Made by a program: the position numbers and the translations under genes. Of a stretch of 64,000 nucleotides of DNA, positions 19,021-29,275 are shown piece after piece. How positions within the stretch are numbered: position 1 is the first letter of the stretch; each line of letters begins with the position of its first letter. The notes under the pieces are model-generated. The model had not been told where the DNA came from. It saw only the letters and a program-made list of their open reading frames with translations, and searched no databases. Source of the stretch: Limnochordia bacterium. GTDB lineage: Bacteria; Bacillota; Limnochordia; Darwinibacteriales; DTU012. The stretch is from NCBI GenBank assembly GCA_007116145.1, contig SKJB01000111.1, forward strand, positions 2,804 to 66,803. Reading direction: 5' to 3'.

Positions 19021-22000
19021 CTAATCTAGTTTGCCCAACCCTGCCACCAAATCCGCAAGAATCTGTTGAGACTGTGCAAGTTGTTGGCAGTTATAACCAC
19101 AGTGGTTACAGGCCGTACGTGGCAAAGGGCTTTCATGCATCCCATTGCTTTCCCAGTGACGAATCTGCTGACACGTTTTACGCAACCACGCTTCTGTTTC
19201 TTTTATTGTGCTATGGGCATCTGGATGGGTATAAATGACATTGGGAATTAGAAAGTACAACTGGGCTTTCTCGATCGGTTGTTCTCTTAGCGTGTGCATC
19301 GCCCAAGCATAAATACGCATCTGCCAATCATAATGCCTGGCCTCCGAAGGCACTGTATCAGCTGTAATAAAGTTCGTTTTTAGGTCCATAATGGCTAGTC
19401 CGTTTGGACTACTAAACAATTGGTCAATGGTGCCCGTAATGAAATAGTCGTCTAATGGCACAGAAAACTCTACCTCGCGCTTAACCTCACTCATTCTGAT
19501 TTTCCGAAAAAACTCACTTCCCGCATAGGCTAAGATGATTTCATGCAGCCTCTGTTGTTCGTCGAGAGGAAGTGACTCGCCTTCCATACTAATTGCCCAC
19601 TGTAGTAATTCGACAACATCGGAATCGGGCACTAAATGCTCACAAACACGATGCACAATATTACCACGTTGTATCGGACTGAGAACCGATGTGGGAGTAG
19701 AAGAGGACTGTCCCCTAAAATGCATGCCTTCCGGAACTCTAAGCACATAGCGATAATAATAGCGTAGAGGACACTGAGCATAAACCATTAATGAGGTGAC
19801 GGAAAAGGTAACTTCACTATATTTTATCGGTAACGCTGGAATCACTTTGGTCGCCTCTAGGACATCCGCTCTAGCCTCATCGCAGGTTGCTGCTAGCGTC
19901 AACTCAACATTTTCTAGCTCCTTGTCTCTACACAATACACGAATTAGCGCGGGATCAATACAATCCATGGCCCAATGAAGCCACTCCCACCAGTTTTTTA
20001 ATGCATCAAGAGCAGGACCCAACTCCAACTCTTCTTTCGCTCCGATTCCACACAATGTCAACCGTTCCTGTGCGCGAGTTACAGCAACGTACAGTAAGCG
20101 CTTGGCCTCAGCTAACTCTTCATGCTGAATCTGCTCTTTTATGCGCTGATTCGTACTCGTCCCCCGTAAGGCTAAGCCATGATCAGGGTGATAACTAAAA
20201 TAACCGGACACCCCAAAGTTTAGCTCACGGTTTAAGTCTGGTAAGATTACATACGGAAATTCGAGTCCTTTTGACCCGTGGATGGTCATGAGCGTCACTA
20301 CATTTGCATCCTCAGCCTGCAAACGAGCTTCGCCCTCTTTGCCCTGTTGTTGGGTGATTTGATCAATATAATGGAGTTGCTCCGCTAGAGAAACATACCC
20401 TTTGGCCCAGAGTTGCCAACTGGTTTGCAAAAACTTTTGTACATTTGCAAAAGGTTGCTCTCCTTGTTCCCGCAAGCGCTGCAAAAATGATGTGGAATCC
20501 ATTAATTGACTCAAAAAGCGAGGGGCTGTTTCTAACACCATAGCCCTTTGTAACTCCCCATACAGTTTGTGAGCATCTGTAATTTTCTCGCGATCCGCTG
20601 AGTCCATGGCTGTTAGTTGTCCTTGCCGGTACCAGAATAACCCAGCGTCGGATACAAGAAAAAATGGGGATCGCAGTACTGCAATCATACTTACCACATC
20701 ATCCGAATCCTGTAACCAATAAATATAATTTAAGATATCTAAAATTTCTTGCTTTTGATAAAATCCACGGCCGCTAAGATTAATAAAAGGAATACCATGT
20801 GCTTGCAAAGCTTGTTCATAGCGGTTTACATTCGTCATAGAACGGAATAATAAGGTAATATCAGAAAAGCTTCGCCCTTCATGCTCAACGAAATCCTTAA
20901 TATACTGGGCGATATGTTGTCCCTGTAGCTCGCGATTATCAGTTGCACTACCGACTTTTGGAGTCACAATAACATCCACATCAGCCTCTGCAATTTGCGG
21001 ACGATTGGGCCTGCTCATCGCATAAGGAACTGGATCATCTTGCATTAGGGTAGCAAATAACTGATTGGCGAAATGAATAATTCCAGGCCGTGACCGAAAA
21101 TTATCTTTGAGAAAAATATAATGCCCTTCGCGTTCCATAATTTGTTGCTGGGCCTGAAAAAACACTTCAACTTCCGCTCCGCGAAAGCGATAAATAGATT
21201 GCTTCGGATCCCCTACCACGAAAAGCTTTGTCTGTTTTTGCCATAACAAATCAACAATCTCTTTCTGGGTAGAGTTTGTATCCTGAGATTCATCAAGCAT
21301 TATATGAGCATACCGATAATGTTTCTGTACACTAGGTATTGCTAGCAACTCTAAGGCTTTTTCTTCAAGGTCATTAAAATCTAAAAGACCCATGGCGACC
21401 TTGCGTTTTTGGTACTCCATATGCACATTGAGCAGCAAGTCACTTAGTTCTAGCAAACTTTGATTAGCCATCAAATCGATAATAATCTGGCTCAATTGTG
21501 CGCCCAATTCTTGAATTGCGGCAAATGTTTGCTTAAATTCACCTCGTTGACCTTTCAAACACTCATTCAGTTCCTCAATAAAAGCTAGCTTCTCTTCGTA
21601 GTCATAGGCAATAAATTCCATTTTATGATCGCCCCAGGCGTTTGCAACCCCCTCAACCACTCGTTTGCGGCTTGCTGTTTGGGAAGTTGCCAACTGACTC
21701 TCAATCCAGTTCTCTAGTTCCTCCATAAGTCCTTGTTGTACTAGCACAAGTTGTGTCCCTAGTATCTCTCTTTGATCGCGTATCTGAAAATTCTGTTCTC
21801 CTTTAGAGCGCATTTTCTCATACACACTGATGATGTAACTTGATAACTCCTTTACCTGCCGAAACTCCTCACGCATTTTACTGATTTCTGAGAGTTGTTT
21901 CTGCAATGCAACACCAACAATATCGGCCACTACCTGACTAAGCACACCCTTACTTTCCCATTCTTCAGCCATCCGAAAATGAGGATCAACCTGAGCTTCA

Positions 22001-22323
22001 AGTGGATGGGCTGCAATAATACCCTGACAAAAACTATGCACAGTAGAAATCTGTGCATGAGCTAGTTTTTCCGTTAAATGGCTATAGCGGGGAGAATCTT
22101 GTAACACTTGGCGAATACGTGCTTTCATTTCCTGCGCTGCTTTACGTGTAAAGGTAATAGCCAAAATATCTTCAAAGGAAAATCCTAGTTCCAATAAATA
22201 GATGTAGCGCTCCACAAGTACTTTGGTCTTTCCCGAACCAGCACCAGCACAGACCGTTAAATCTCTATCCACAATAGTCATGGCCTGCTTTTGCTCATTT
22301 GTCGGTGCAAAACTCATCCACAT
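19021..22323 (-). CDS. addA: ATP-dependent helicase/nuclease subunit A (UvrD-like helicase plus C-terminal PD-(D/E)XK nuclease)
   Basis: 1100 aa; Walker A AGAGSGKTKVL; UvrD helicase motifs; followed by addB in the conserved order. Confidence 0.85.
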   Translation of the reverse strand: MWMSFAPTNEQKQAMTIVDRDLTVCAGAGSGKTKVLVERYIYLLELGFSFEDILAITFTRKAAQEMKARIRQVLQDSPRYSHLTEKLAHAQISTVHSFCQGIIAAHPLEAQVDPHFRMAEEWESKGVLSQVVADIVGVALQKQLSEISKMREEFRQVKELSSYIISVYEKMRSKGEQNFQIRDQREILGTQLVLVQQGLMEELENWIESQLATSQTASRKRVVEGVANAWGDHKMEFIAYDYEEKLAFIEELNECLKGQRGEFKQTFAAIQELGAQLSQIIIDLMANQSLLELSDLLLNVHMEYQKRKVAMGLLDFNDLEEKALELLAIPSVQKHYRYAHIMLDESQDTNSTQKEIVDLLWQKQTKLFVVGDPKQSIYRFRGAEVEVFFQAQQQIMEREGHYIFLKDNFRSRPGIIHFANQLFATLMQDDPVPYAMSRPNRPQIAEADVDVIVTPKVGSATDNRELQGQHIAQYIKDFVEHEGRSFSDITLLFRSMTNVNRYEQALQAHGIPFINLSGRGFYQKQEILDILNYIYWLQDSDDVVSMIAVLRSPFFLVSDAGLFWYRQGQLTAMDSADREKITDAHKLYGELQRAMVLETAPRFLSQLMDSTSFLQRLREQGEQPFANVQKFLQTSWQLWAKGYVSLAEQLHYIDQITQQQGKEGEARLQAEDANVVTLMTIHGSKGLEFPYVILPDLNRELNFGVSGYFSYHPDHGLALRGTSTNQRIKEQIQHEELAEAKRLLYVAVTRAQERLTLCGIGAKEELELGPALDALKNWWEWLHWAMDCIDPALIRVLCRDKELENVELTLAATCDEARADVLEATKVIPALPIKYSEVTFSVTSLMVYAQCPLRYYYRYVLRVPEGMHFRGQSSSTPTSVLSPIQRGNIVHRVCEHLVPDSDVVELLQWAISMEGESLPLDEQQRLHEIILAYAGSEFFRKIRMSEVKREVEFSVPLDDYFITGTIDQLFSSPNGLAIMDLKTNFITADTVPSEARHYDWQMRIYAWAMHTLREQPIEKAQLYFLIPNVIYTHPDAHSTIKETEAWLRKTCQQIRHWESNGMHESPLPRTACNHCGYNCQQLAQSQQILADLVAGLGKLD

Positions 22324-24737
22324 CCCTCCTTCCGACAGATACTACTATAGGGACAATATGTGCAGACTTCCGGTTTACGGGGAGCAATCGGAAATTCACC
22401 AGCAAAAATCCGATGTAAATATCGCTGTAGCGTTTGCATAAATACATCCTGTAAGATGTTCCATTCATCAGCAGGCAAAATCCCAGCGTTGCGCCGTGTC
22501 AGCCCTACATCGCGATGGGTATCCTCATACCACACCCCATTGCGTGCACCATCCTTAATACAGTAAAAGGAAAGGCCAACCACATCCCCCTGCAAAAACT
22601 GCTCGGCTGCTAACAAATACACTTGTAATTGCAGATTTTCGCCTGCTAAAACTTCTTTAGTCGTTGGGTTTTTCCCTAATTTGTAGTCGTAAATAATATA
22701 GTTACCGTCTCTGTTTTGATCAATTCGATCAATCACACCGTGTAGCGAAACCGTTCCATAATCTGTTTCGACCTTTATGTCACGAAATGGATACTCCAAA
22801 TGGGTGGGTCGATATCCACTGTTTATAACCAGTTTTGTGTCCTTTTGATTGAACGCAGTTAGCATCCGCACCACACGTCTAGTCAAAAATTGGCCCGCCT
22901 CCTGGTAACAGTTAGTCAGAATTTCTGTTATTGGAGTCTTCGCTTCCTGCTGCCAAAACCGGCGAAGTGCTTCATGCAATAACTGCCCCTCTTGAGAAGC
23001 GGTTATCTCATCATCACTGACTTCATCCACAGCTAACTGCAGTATTTGACTACAGAAAAAGCGATACGGACAATCCAAATAGAGATTTAGACGCGACACA
23101 GATAATTGGCGACTCAGTAATAATCTGCGAATGAGGTCGCGAATAGACGTATCTACTAACACCACAGGTTGCACACCCCTTTGCAACAAAGGGCTTATTC
23201 TCGGTACATCCATGGCTTTACTTGCTAAATCATTTGGATTGAATAGCGGGGAAGCAATGTTTGGCTTACCCTCAAAATCTGCTAGGGGATATGACACTTC
23301 CACCTTACGCGCCGAGAGACATAGTTGATCATAGAGTTTTTGGCTATTCGTGTTTGTTACCTCCATTGTTAACCAATCTCGGATAGCCGGTTTGGGAAAG
23401 ACCCCTTCGATCATACCCGCTATGTACAGCGTTTTATATCCCATACCCACGGCAGACTCTAGCGAGGACACTGACACTCTTTGGTGAAAACTACGAGTCT
23501 GAGGTAAGATGTAGTTACTACAAGCGGTTTGAAACATTGTAACAAATTGGGGATAGCTCAGCAACTGTTCACTAAGACTTAACCCTTGACAAATCTGTTG
23601 AATTCCGTCCCAAGCCAAGAGATGGGTACCCATTTGCTGTTCACTACTAGCTGGCCAGCGGTGAGGGTTAAAGGTTTCTAACAGCTGAAGAACATTAGCG
23701 ACATGTGTACTACAAGGTAATGGTTTTTGGTTCCGTTTTACTTGCTGCAATAAACCCAACACATCAGACCATCCAGTATGAGCCGTAAGTAATTCTTGCC
23801 AAGCCGCCAAGCCACTAACTCCTGGGGCCAACTTCCATGCACGTCGTGCTTGCTGATCAAGGACAAAGGGCAGACCCCATCCAGGTATGGTTAATTGTCC
23901 TAGTGTCACTTTTGGCCAATTGGTTAATGATGCTTGCAGGAGCGTTACAATTGATTTACCAATAGGGACATGAGCAAGTGATGGGGTAGGAGTGGTCCAA
24001 GGTATCTGGTATTCAGAAAAAACAGGCATGATTATGGGCAGATAGATTGCTAGTTGGGGAAATACCACTGCATAATCGTTGGGCTCACCACCAGCTGCTA
24101 ACACTGCATGCAACTGCTTAGCAATTGCACGTACCTCGTCTTCTGGACTTTTGGCCACTGACAGGCTAACGACAGCTGCACTTGATGCAAACTCTTTAGG
24201 AACAACGGGTACATCCTGACAAAGCAGCGCCAGAAATTCTTGTTCCAAGGAATTAAGTTCTCCAAGATAATACAACTCGATTTGATTAACTGTCTGCCGC
24301 AAGCGCGAGGAAGGCCAACAGTCTATGGCTTTGCGTAACTGGGTCGTCTGATCCCAAACCCCAAGTGATAATAGGCGTTTATAATAGGCTGTATATAGTA
24401 ATTGTATTTCTGCACTATATTGGGGGACAACCTTGTCTAACAAACTTGGTTGTGCAGAAATCTCACCAAATAGGCGATGGAGATCTTGCATAAATCCTGG
24501 AAAATTCACTAACGGAGCAAAGCAAGTAAGATCCTGTTGGTGCTGACCAATCACTTCACCAATCGTTAGTTGCTCTAGCAAGCGATTCTCACGGTAAGGA
24601 ATCCCTTCATCCTTTAGTAAACTAGACACCAAACCAGCAATAGAAAAAGGCCGCAATTCTCCATCCTCACGCAAAGATGATTGCCGCCATTTCTGTGCTA
24701 AAGTTTGGTGGGGAACTAAACATAAGGTAGACATCAT
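22314..24737 (-). CDS. addB: helicase/nuclease subunit B (AddB/RexB-like), compact form
   Basis: 807 aa; C-terminal cysteine cluster CTYCPYSSIC typical of the AddB iron-sulfur nuclease domain; overlaps the addA start by 10 nt. Confidence 0.75.
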   Translation of the reverse strand: MMSTLCLVPHQTLAQKWRQSSLREDGELRPFSIAGLVSSLLKDEGIPYRENRLLEQLTIGEVIGQHQQDLTCFAPLVNFPGFMQDLHRLFGEISAQPSLLDKVVPQYSAEIQLLYTAYYKRLLSLGVWDQTTQLRKAIDCWPSSRLRQTVNQIELYYLGELNSLEQEFLALLCQDVPVVPKEFASSAAVVSLSVAKSPEDEVRAIAKQLHAVLAAGGEPNDYAVVFPQLAIYLPIIMPVFSEYQIPWTTPTPSLAHVPIGKSIVTLLQASLTNWPKVTLGQLTIPGWGLPFVLDQQARRAWKLAPGVSGLAAWQELLTAHTGWSDVLGLLQQVKRNQKPLPCSTHVANVLQLLETFNPHRWPASSEQQMGTHLLAWDGIQQICQGLSLSEQLLSYPQFVTMFQTACSNYILPQTRSFHQRVSVSSLESAVGMGYKTLYIAGMIEGVFPKPAIRDWLTMEVTNTNSQKLYDQLCLSARKVEVSYPLADFEGKPNIASPLFNPNDLASKAMDVPRISPLLQRGVQPVVLVDTSIRDLIRRLLLSRQLSVSRLNLYLDCPYRFFCSQILQLAVDEVSDDEITASQEGQLLHEALRRFWQQEAKTPITEILTNCYQEAGQFLTRRVVRMLTAFNQKDTKLVINSGYRPTHLEYPFRDIKVETDYGTVSLHGVIDRIDQNRDGNYIIYDYKLGKNPTTKEVLAGENLQLQVYLLAAEQFLQGDVVGLSFYCIKDGARNGVWYEDTHRDVGLTRRNAGILPADEWNILQDVFMQTLQRYLHRIFAGEFPIAPRKPEVCTYCPYSSICRKEGCG

Positions 24738-24773
24738 ATCCCCCCTTTTATATAGATAACTTGCCTTTGCCTT

Positions 24774-24899
24774 ACCTTACCTTAGGATAATGATTCCCGC
24801 CCGAGTCTTTAGCTTCATATAAGCCACGAGGGCTTATATGAAGCTATGACAGAGAGCGAAGCAGGAAGCGCAGCGAACGGTAAGGAAGGGAATCATTAT
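24774..24899. repeat. large nested palindromic element (about 125 nt) in the addB / Cof-hydrolase intergenic region
   Basis: Inner perfect 15-bp stem AGCTTCATATAAGCC / GGCTTATATGAAGCT (24811-24845, 5-nt loop). It is enclosed by outer complementary arms ATAATGATTCCC / GGGAATCATTAT (24786-24797 and 24888-24899) and CCTTACC / GGTAAGG. Confidence 0.5.
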
Positions 24900-24923
24900 A
24901 CTACGCAAGAGTAACCGAGCTTG

Positions 24924-25733
24924 CTAAAATATATCATCTAAAACATGGGCCACCCCATCTTCATCATTTGAGCTTGTGACATAGTCTGCAATCATGCGGA
25001 TCTCTTTAGGAGCATTCAACATTGCCACGCTAAATCCTGCCCATTCTAGCAATTCCTGATCATTTACATCATCACCAATCGCCAGAACCTCACACCTCTC
25101 GATTCGTAATTGATTGGCAACATAAGCGACTCCACTTGCTTTGGAACAACCCTTAGCCACAAAGTCAATCCCAGTATATTGTGCCGATGAATATACAGTT
25201 TGTGTAATGTGATTCTCATACTCTCCAACCCAATCACTTAACTTCGACTCTAAACTACTAGTGTAATCTAATACTGCGATTTTTACTACGGGTTGGTCTA
25301 CTGGTATTTCATCTACCACAAACACTTCGTCATCTACATACTCTAAAAACAGTGCCTTGCTATGCTGCATTTTTGCTAATAACAGCCCACAATCAGCGAG
25401 TTCACCATGGCTATAGACCATATGGGGAATTTGATGGTTGCGTAATTTTTCCAGCAACTCTTGACTAACTGCTAGATCCATACTATGCTCATGACTGACT
25501 ACACCCGTACTCGCCTCGACAATCACTCCCCCATTATGAGTAATAATAGGGCACTGTAGCTCTAATGCTCTAGCCCAGGGCAAGGCACGACAAGCCCTCC
25601 TTCCTGTGGCTAAGGTGACATGTACCCCAAGTTGCTGTACTCGTTTAATGGCCTTGCGGACGCGTGGAGCTAATTCTCCCGTAGATGTAAGTAAGGTCCC
25701 ATCTATATCAATAGCGATTAAAGAATAATTCAT
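24924..25733 (-). CDS. Cof-type HAD-IIB phosphatase
   Basis: 269 aa; IAIDIDGTLL motif I and GDDVNDQELL motif IV typical of the Cof subfamily. Confidence 0.85.
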   Translation of the reverse strand: MNYSLIAIDIDGTLLTSTGELAPRVRKAIKRVQQLGVHVTLATGRRACRALPWARALELQCPIITHNGGVIVEASTGVVSHEHSMDLAVSQELLEKLRNHQIPHMVYSHGELADCGLLLAKMQHSKALFLEYVDDEVFVVDEIPVDQPVVKIAVLDYTSSLESKLSDWVGEYENHITQTVYSSAQYTGIDFVAKGCSKASGVAYVANQLRIERCEVLAIGDDVNDQELLEWAGFSVAMLNAPKEIRMIADYVTSSNDEDGVAHVLDDIF

Positions 25734-25790
25734 AAGAAACCCCCCAATCTGTATATTCTACAGCATTAGGGAGAGTTTTTCTAGCCTAAT

Positions 25791-28058
25791 TTACAACCAA
25801 ATAGAAACTTGATCATGATCCATTTTATTAATACATTCCTTGAACTTCCCACTAAGATACTTATCTTCCGTAGTCGCATTGCGCATCTGACGAATTAAAT
25901 CGATCCCACGACGAAACGCAAACACTAAGTCGCCCTCATCAATCAATGCATCCCCCATTAAGCTGTCGAACGAATCGCCTTGCGACCAGCGATAGGCTAA
26001 AGCCGCTATATGATCACTAAATTGAACAGTAGATACTCCCAAAAATCGTTCTTCAAGCTTTGTTAACTGCAGCATTTTTTTGTACACTGGAGCAAAGTTT
26101 AAGTTATGCTTAATCTTCACTTCATTCTTACGAGGCTCATAACCGATAGCCACAGATACTGCGTTTATTTCTGCTATGCTGAGCTTATGAAACAACCCAT
26201 CCATAAATAACTCCGTCACTAGTAACTCTTGCCCATGGATTTGGCTCGCAAAATCACCAGCAGTGGTTAAGGCATCTCCCTGTAAATAATTTAAGGAAAC
26301 CAGCAGTGATTTTTTATCTTGAAACTCTTGATAATAGCGTTCTTGCGGATCTAGCTGCCGTTCATGCTTGAGTAAGCTTTGGTAACGAATTAAGAGCTTG
26401 CGATATAGTTTCCCCTCTTGGCGGCATTTACGCTGCTCTTCCTTCGAACAATTGTGCATTTCTATATTGGTTAGAGAGGTATTAATTGCTGCTATCTGTT
26501 GTTGAAGCCGCTGCTTGCGGCGGCGTCCACTTTGCTCCCTTCCAAGCTGACTCTGGTATTGATTCCTTTTACGCTTTAAACGTTCATAAACCAAGGGACA
26601 CTTTTCCAAGTCCATATGTTCGCAAAATGCATCAATTTCTGTCTTCATCTCTGCGAGATTCTCGCGCACCTTACTCCGTTCATCAAGAGCCTGATACGTA
26701 GCAAAATTCATGCCAAGCAAGCGATAAATCTGAGCATCATCATAATTCTTAATTAGGTTTAAAATAGAGTTATAGCTCAGTGTAAACTGACTCTGTAACG
26801 GCTCAATCTGCGATTCTTTCATTGTAGGCAAATCCCTAGGATCAAAATAGTTAAGATCGATGAGCGTAAACGCAAAACCCTCAGTATCAATCCCACGTCG
26901 ACCCGCACGACCCGACATTTGGAAATACTCCCGGTTGGTGATTGATCGAAAAGCTACGCCATCCCATTTTGTACTCGAATCGAAACAAACCGAGCGACAA
27001 GGAAAATTTAGACCCACCGCAAAGGTCTCTGTACAATAAAGCACCGATAGGAGTTTGTGGGTAAATAGCGCTTCTACTATATCCTTTAACGCTGGCAACA
27101 TACCTGCATGGTGATACCCAATCCCCCGCAAAACCAACCAGCGTAAACTGGTCCAGCGCTCACTCGAAATGCGCGGAAAACGCTCCACCACTTGATCAAT
27201 AATTGCCTGCACTTGCTTCTTTTGCTCAGGTTTTAAAAAGTCATGCTGTTCCCCTAACTGCAATGCATTCATTTCAGCCTTTCGTCGGCTAAATGTAAAA
27301 AACAAGCACGGTAAATAGTCTTTTTTAATAGTAGCAATTAAGTCGATATGCGAGGTGGTATCCATTTTCTTGCGTTCCCACGGTTCCAACATCGCGAGTT
27401 TACTTTGCACCCGTTTATGCATCTTCTTCAGGTGCGCAAGATTGGTTATACCAAGGTTTTTTTCAAAAAGATGGTGCTGTAGTGGCACAATACGGTTAAA
27501 ATTCGTAACAATCTTAACTTCTCGATTCTGAATCCCGCCAATCCAATAGGCGAGTTGATCCACATTTGGGATGGTTGCACTTAAACCTAAAAAACGCATC
27601 GTATCCGGCATAAAAATAAGACTTTCTTCCCAAACACTGCCTCGCTGTGGATCATCAATATAATGAACTTCGTCAAAAATTATGTACTGAACATCAGCGA
27701 TCCGAGCTGGTGATTGTTGAAGCATATTACGAAAGATTTCTGTCGTCATAATGAGTACTGGTGCATCCGGATTTAACACGACATCCCCGGTTAAAATACC
27801 AACAGCATCTTCACCCATATGCTCCTTAAATTCTTTAAATTTCTGATTGCTCAAAGCTTTAATTGGTGCCGTGTAGATAACTCGTCCACCACTTTTATAT
27901 ACTTTTTCAATGAGGTAATCAGCAATTAGAGTTTTTCCTACCCCCGTGGGTGCGGCCACCAAAACAGAAAAATTTTGATCAATATATTCAACCGCTTCCT
28001 TCTGAAAAGGATCCAACGTGAATCCACGATACGTTAAATTAGTTTCTACATTAGACAA
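25791..28058 (-). CDS. Ski2-like SF2 RNA helicase (HelY/Mtr4 family) with C-terminal DSHCT domain
   Basis: 755 aa; Walker A APTGVGKT, DEVH box (IFDEVHYI) and a C-terminal region resembling DSHCT (ELLVTELFMDGLFHKLSIAEINAV ... LIRQMRNA). Confidence 0.75.
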   Translation of the reverse strand: MSNVETNLTYRGFTLDPFQKEAVEYIDQNFSVLVAAPTGVGKTLIADYLIEKVYKSGGRVIYTAPIKALSNQKFKEFKEHMGEDAVGILTGDVVLNPDAPVLIMTTEIFRNMLQQSPARIADVQYIIFDEVHYIDDPQRGSVWEESLIFMPDTMRFLGLSATIPNVDQLAYWIGGIQNREVKIVTNFNRIVPLQHHLFEKNLGITNLAHLKKMHKRVQSKLAMLEPWERKKMDTTSHIDLIATIKKDYLPCLFFTFSRRKAEMNALQLGEQHDFLKPEQKKQVQAIIDQVVERFPRISSERWTSLRWLVLRGIGYHHAGMLPALKDIVEALFTHKLLSVLYCTETFAVGLNFPCRSVCFDSSTKWDGVAFRSITNREYFQMSGRAGRRGIDTEGFAFTLIDLNYFDPRDLPTMKESQIEPLQSQFTLSYNSILNLIKNYDDAQIYRLLGMNFATYQALDERSKVRENLAEMKTEIDAFCEHMDLEKCPLVYERLKRKRNQYQSQLGREQSGRRRKQRLQQQIAAINTSLTNIEMHNCSKEEQRKCRQEGKLYRKLLIRYQSLLKHERQLDPQERYYQEFQDKKSLLVSLNYLQGDALTTAGDFASQIHGQELLVTELFMDGLFHKLSIAEINAVSVAIGYEPRKNEVKIKHNLNFAPVYKKMLQLTKLEERFLGVSTVQFSDHIAALAYRWSQGDSFDSLMGDALIDEGDLVFAFRRGIDLIRQMRNATTEDKYLSGKFKECINKMDHDQVSIWL

Positions 28059-28105
28059 AAGGATCCCCCTTACTTAAGCAGAATTAGATAACTAGAGGTG
28101 ATACA

Positions 28106-29275
28106 ATGAATAGCATGCAAAGGCATTTACATCATTTATCCGTAAATATCGGCCCCCGAGGCTCCACAAGCGCTAATGAACGGTTGGCAGCCAACTACAT
28201 TGAAAGGAAACTAGCAGGCTTTGGTTACACAGTAAAAACAGAATCCTTTACGACAATCCCAAGTTTTTCTCTGATTCAGCTTATCTTTATTTTTGGTTTA
28301 CTCGCAAGCTTTGGTACATTTTTAATCCAACCTGGATTAAGTAGCATGCTAGCTATTGGTTTACTTATTCTCTATCTACTAGATGTCGATACCCGCTTTA
28401 GCTTGGCTCGTTTCTTACCCAGAAAATCAAGTCAAAATGTCCGTGCGTTATTACCGAACTCACAAAATAATCATTCACAACGACAGCAAACAAAAGTGGT
28501 GTTAATGGCCCACTACGATTCAAGCCGGGCGGGACTTAATTTTCATCCAAAATTGGTCTCCGGATTTCGTTCTTCCTTCTTCCTGCTGATTATTTCCATG
28601 GGTATAATTGCGTTAGGCACACTCTCTGGCACACTCTTACAGTTGCTAGGTAGGAGTCATGCATGGGTGTTTTATGCAATGACACCATTTGCACTCTACC
28701 TACTCGTTGTGGCACTCTTGCTCATCCATCGCGAATTGTGGGGTCAGATAACCCCCGGTGCCAATGACAATGCTAGTGGAGTTTCGGTACTATTAGGCGT
28801 AGCCAAGGAATTACGAAAAAATCCATTGAAAAACCTTGATGTAGAATTTGTTGCCACTGGAGCTGAGGAAGCTGGCACCTTTGGGTGTTTGGATTACCTA
28901 AAGCGGCACGGAGTTAAGGACACATATTTCATCAATTTAGATAACCTTGGGGCTGGCAAATTGTTTATCACAACCAGTGAAGGAATCCTAAAAAAGTACA
29001 AAGCAGATTCGCGCCTTGTTGCTCTTGCGCAGGAATGCATTTATTCCGTCCCCACCCTGCCTGTCCAAAGTGGGGGATACCACCTACTGACCACGGACGC
29101 TACACCGATTATGGTCAGAGGCGGCAAAGCAATCAGTATTATGGCCAAGGATGAACAGGGGCTACTACCTAATTGGCATTGGATCACAGATACAGCAGAA
29201 AACGTCGAAAGCTCTAACCTAAGTCACGCTAAAACCCTCGTCGTCCGTTTAATTAAGCGGCTAAATGGAGTTTAA
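28106..29275 (+). CDS. M28-family zinc aminopeptidase with an internal polytopic membrane region
   Basis: 389 aa; GANDNASGVS metal-binding motif and about 5 hydrophobic helices between the N- and C-terminal peptidase segments. Confidence 0.7.
   Translation: MNSMQRHLHHLSVNIGPRGSTSANERLAANYIERKLAGFGYTVKTESFTTIPSFSLIQLIFIFGLLASFGTFLIQPGLSSMLAIGLLILYLLDVDTRFSLARFLPRKSSQNVRALLPNSQNNHSQRQQTKVVLMAHYDSSRAGLNFHPKLVSGFRSSFFLLIISMGIIALGTLSGTLLQLLGRSHAWVFYAMTPFALYLLVVALLLIHRELWGQITPGANDNASGVSVLLGVAKELRKNPLKNLDVEFVATGAEEAGTFGCLDYLKRHGVKDTYFINLDNLGAGKLFITTSEGILKKYKADSRLVALAQECIYSVPTLPVQSGGYHLLTTDATPIMVRGGKAISIMAKDEQGLLPNWHWITDTAENVESSNLSHAKTLVVRLIKRLNGV

Noticed and set aside
24738-24923. Possible tRNA or CRISPR repeat in the structured intergenic region
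   Set aside because: No cloverleaf, acceptor or anticodon arrangement and no repeat-spacer periodicity. It is a single nested palindrome.
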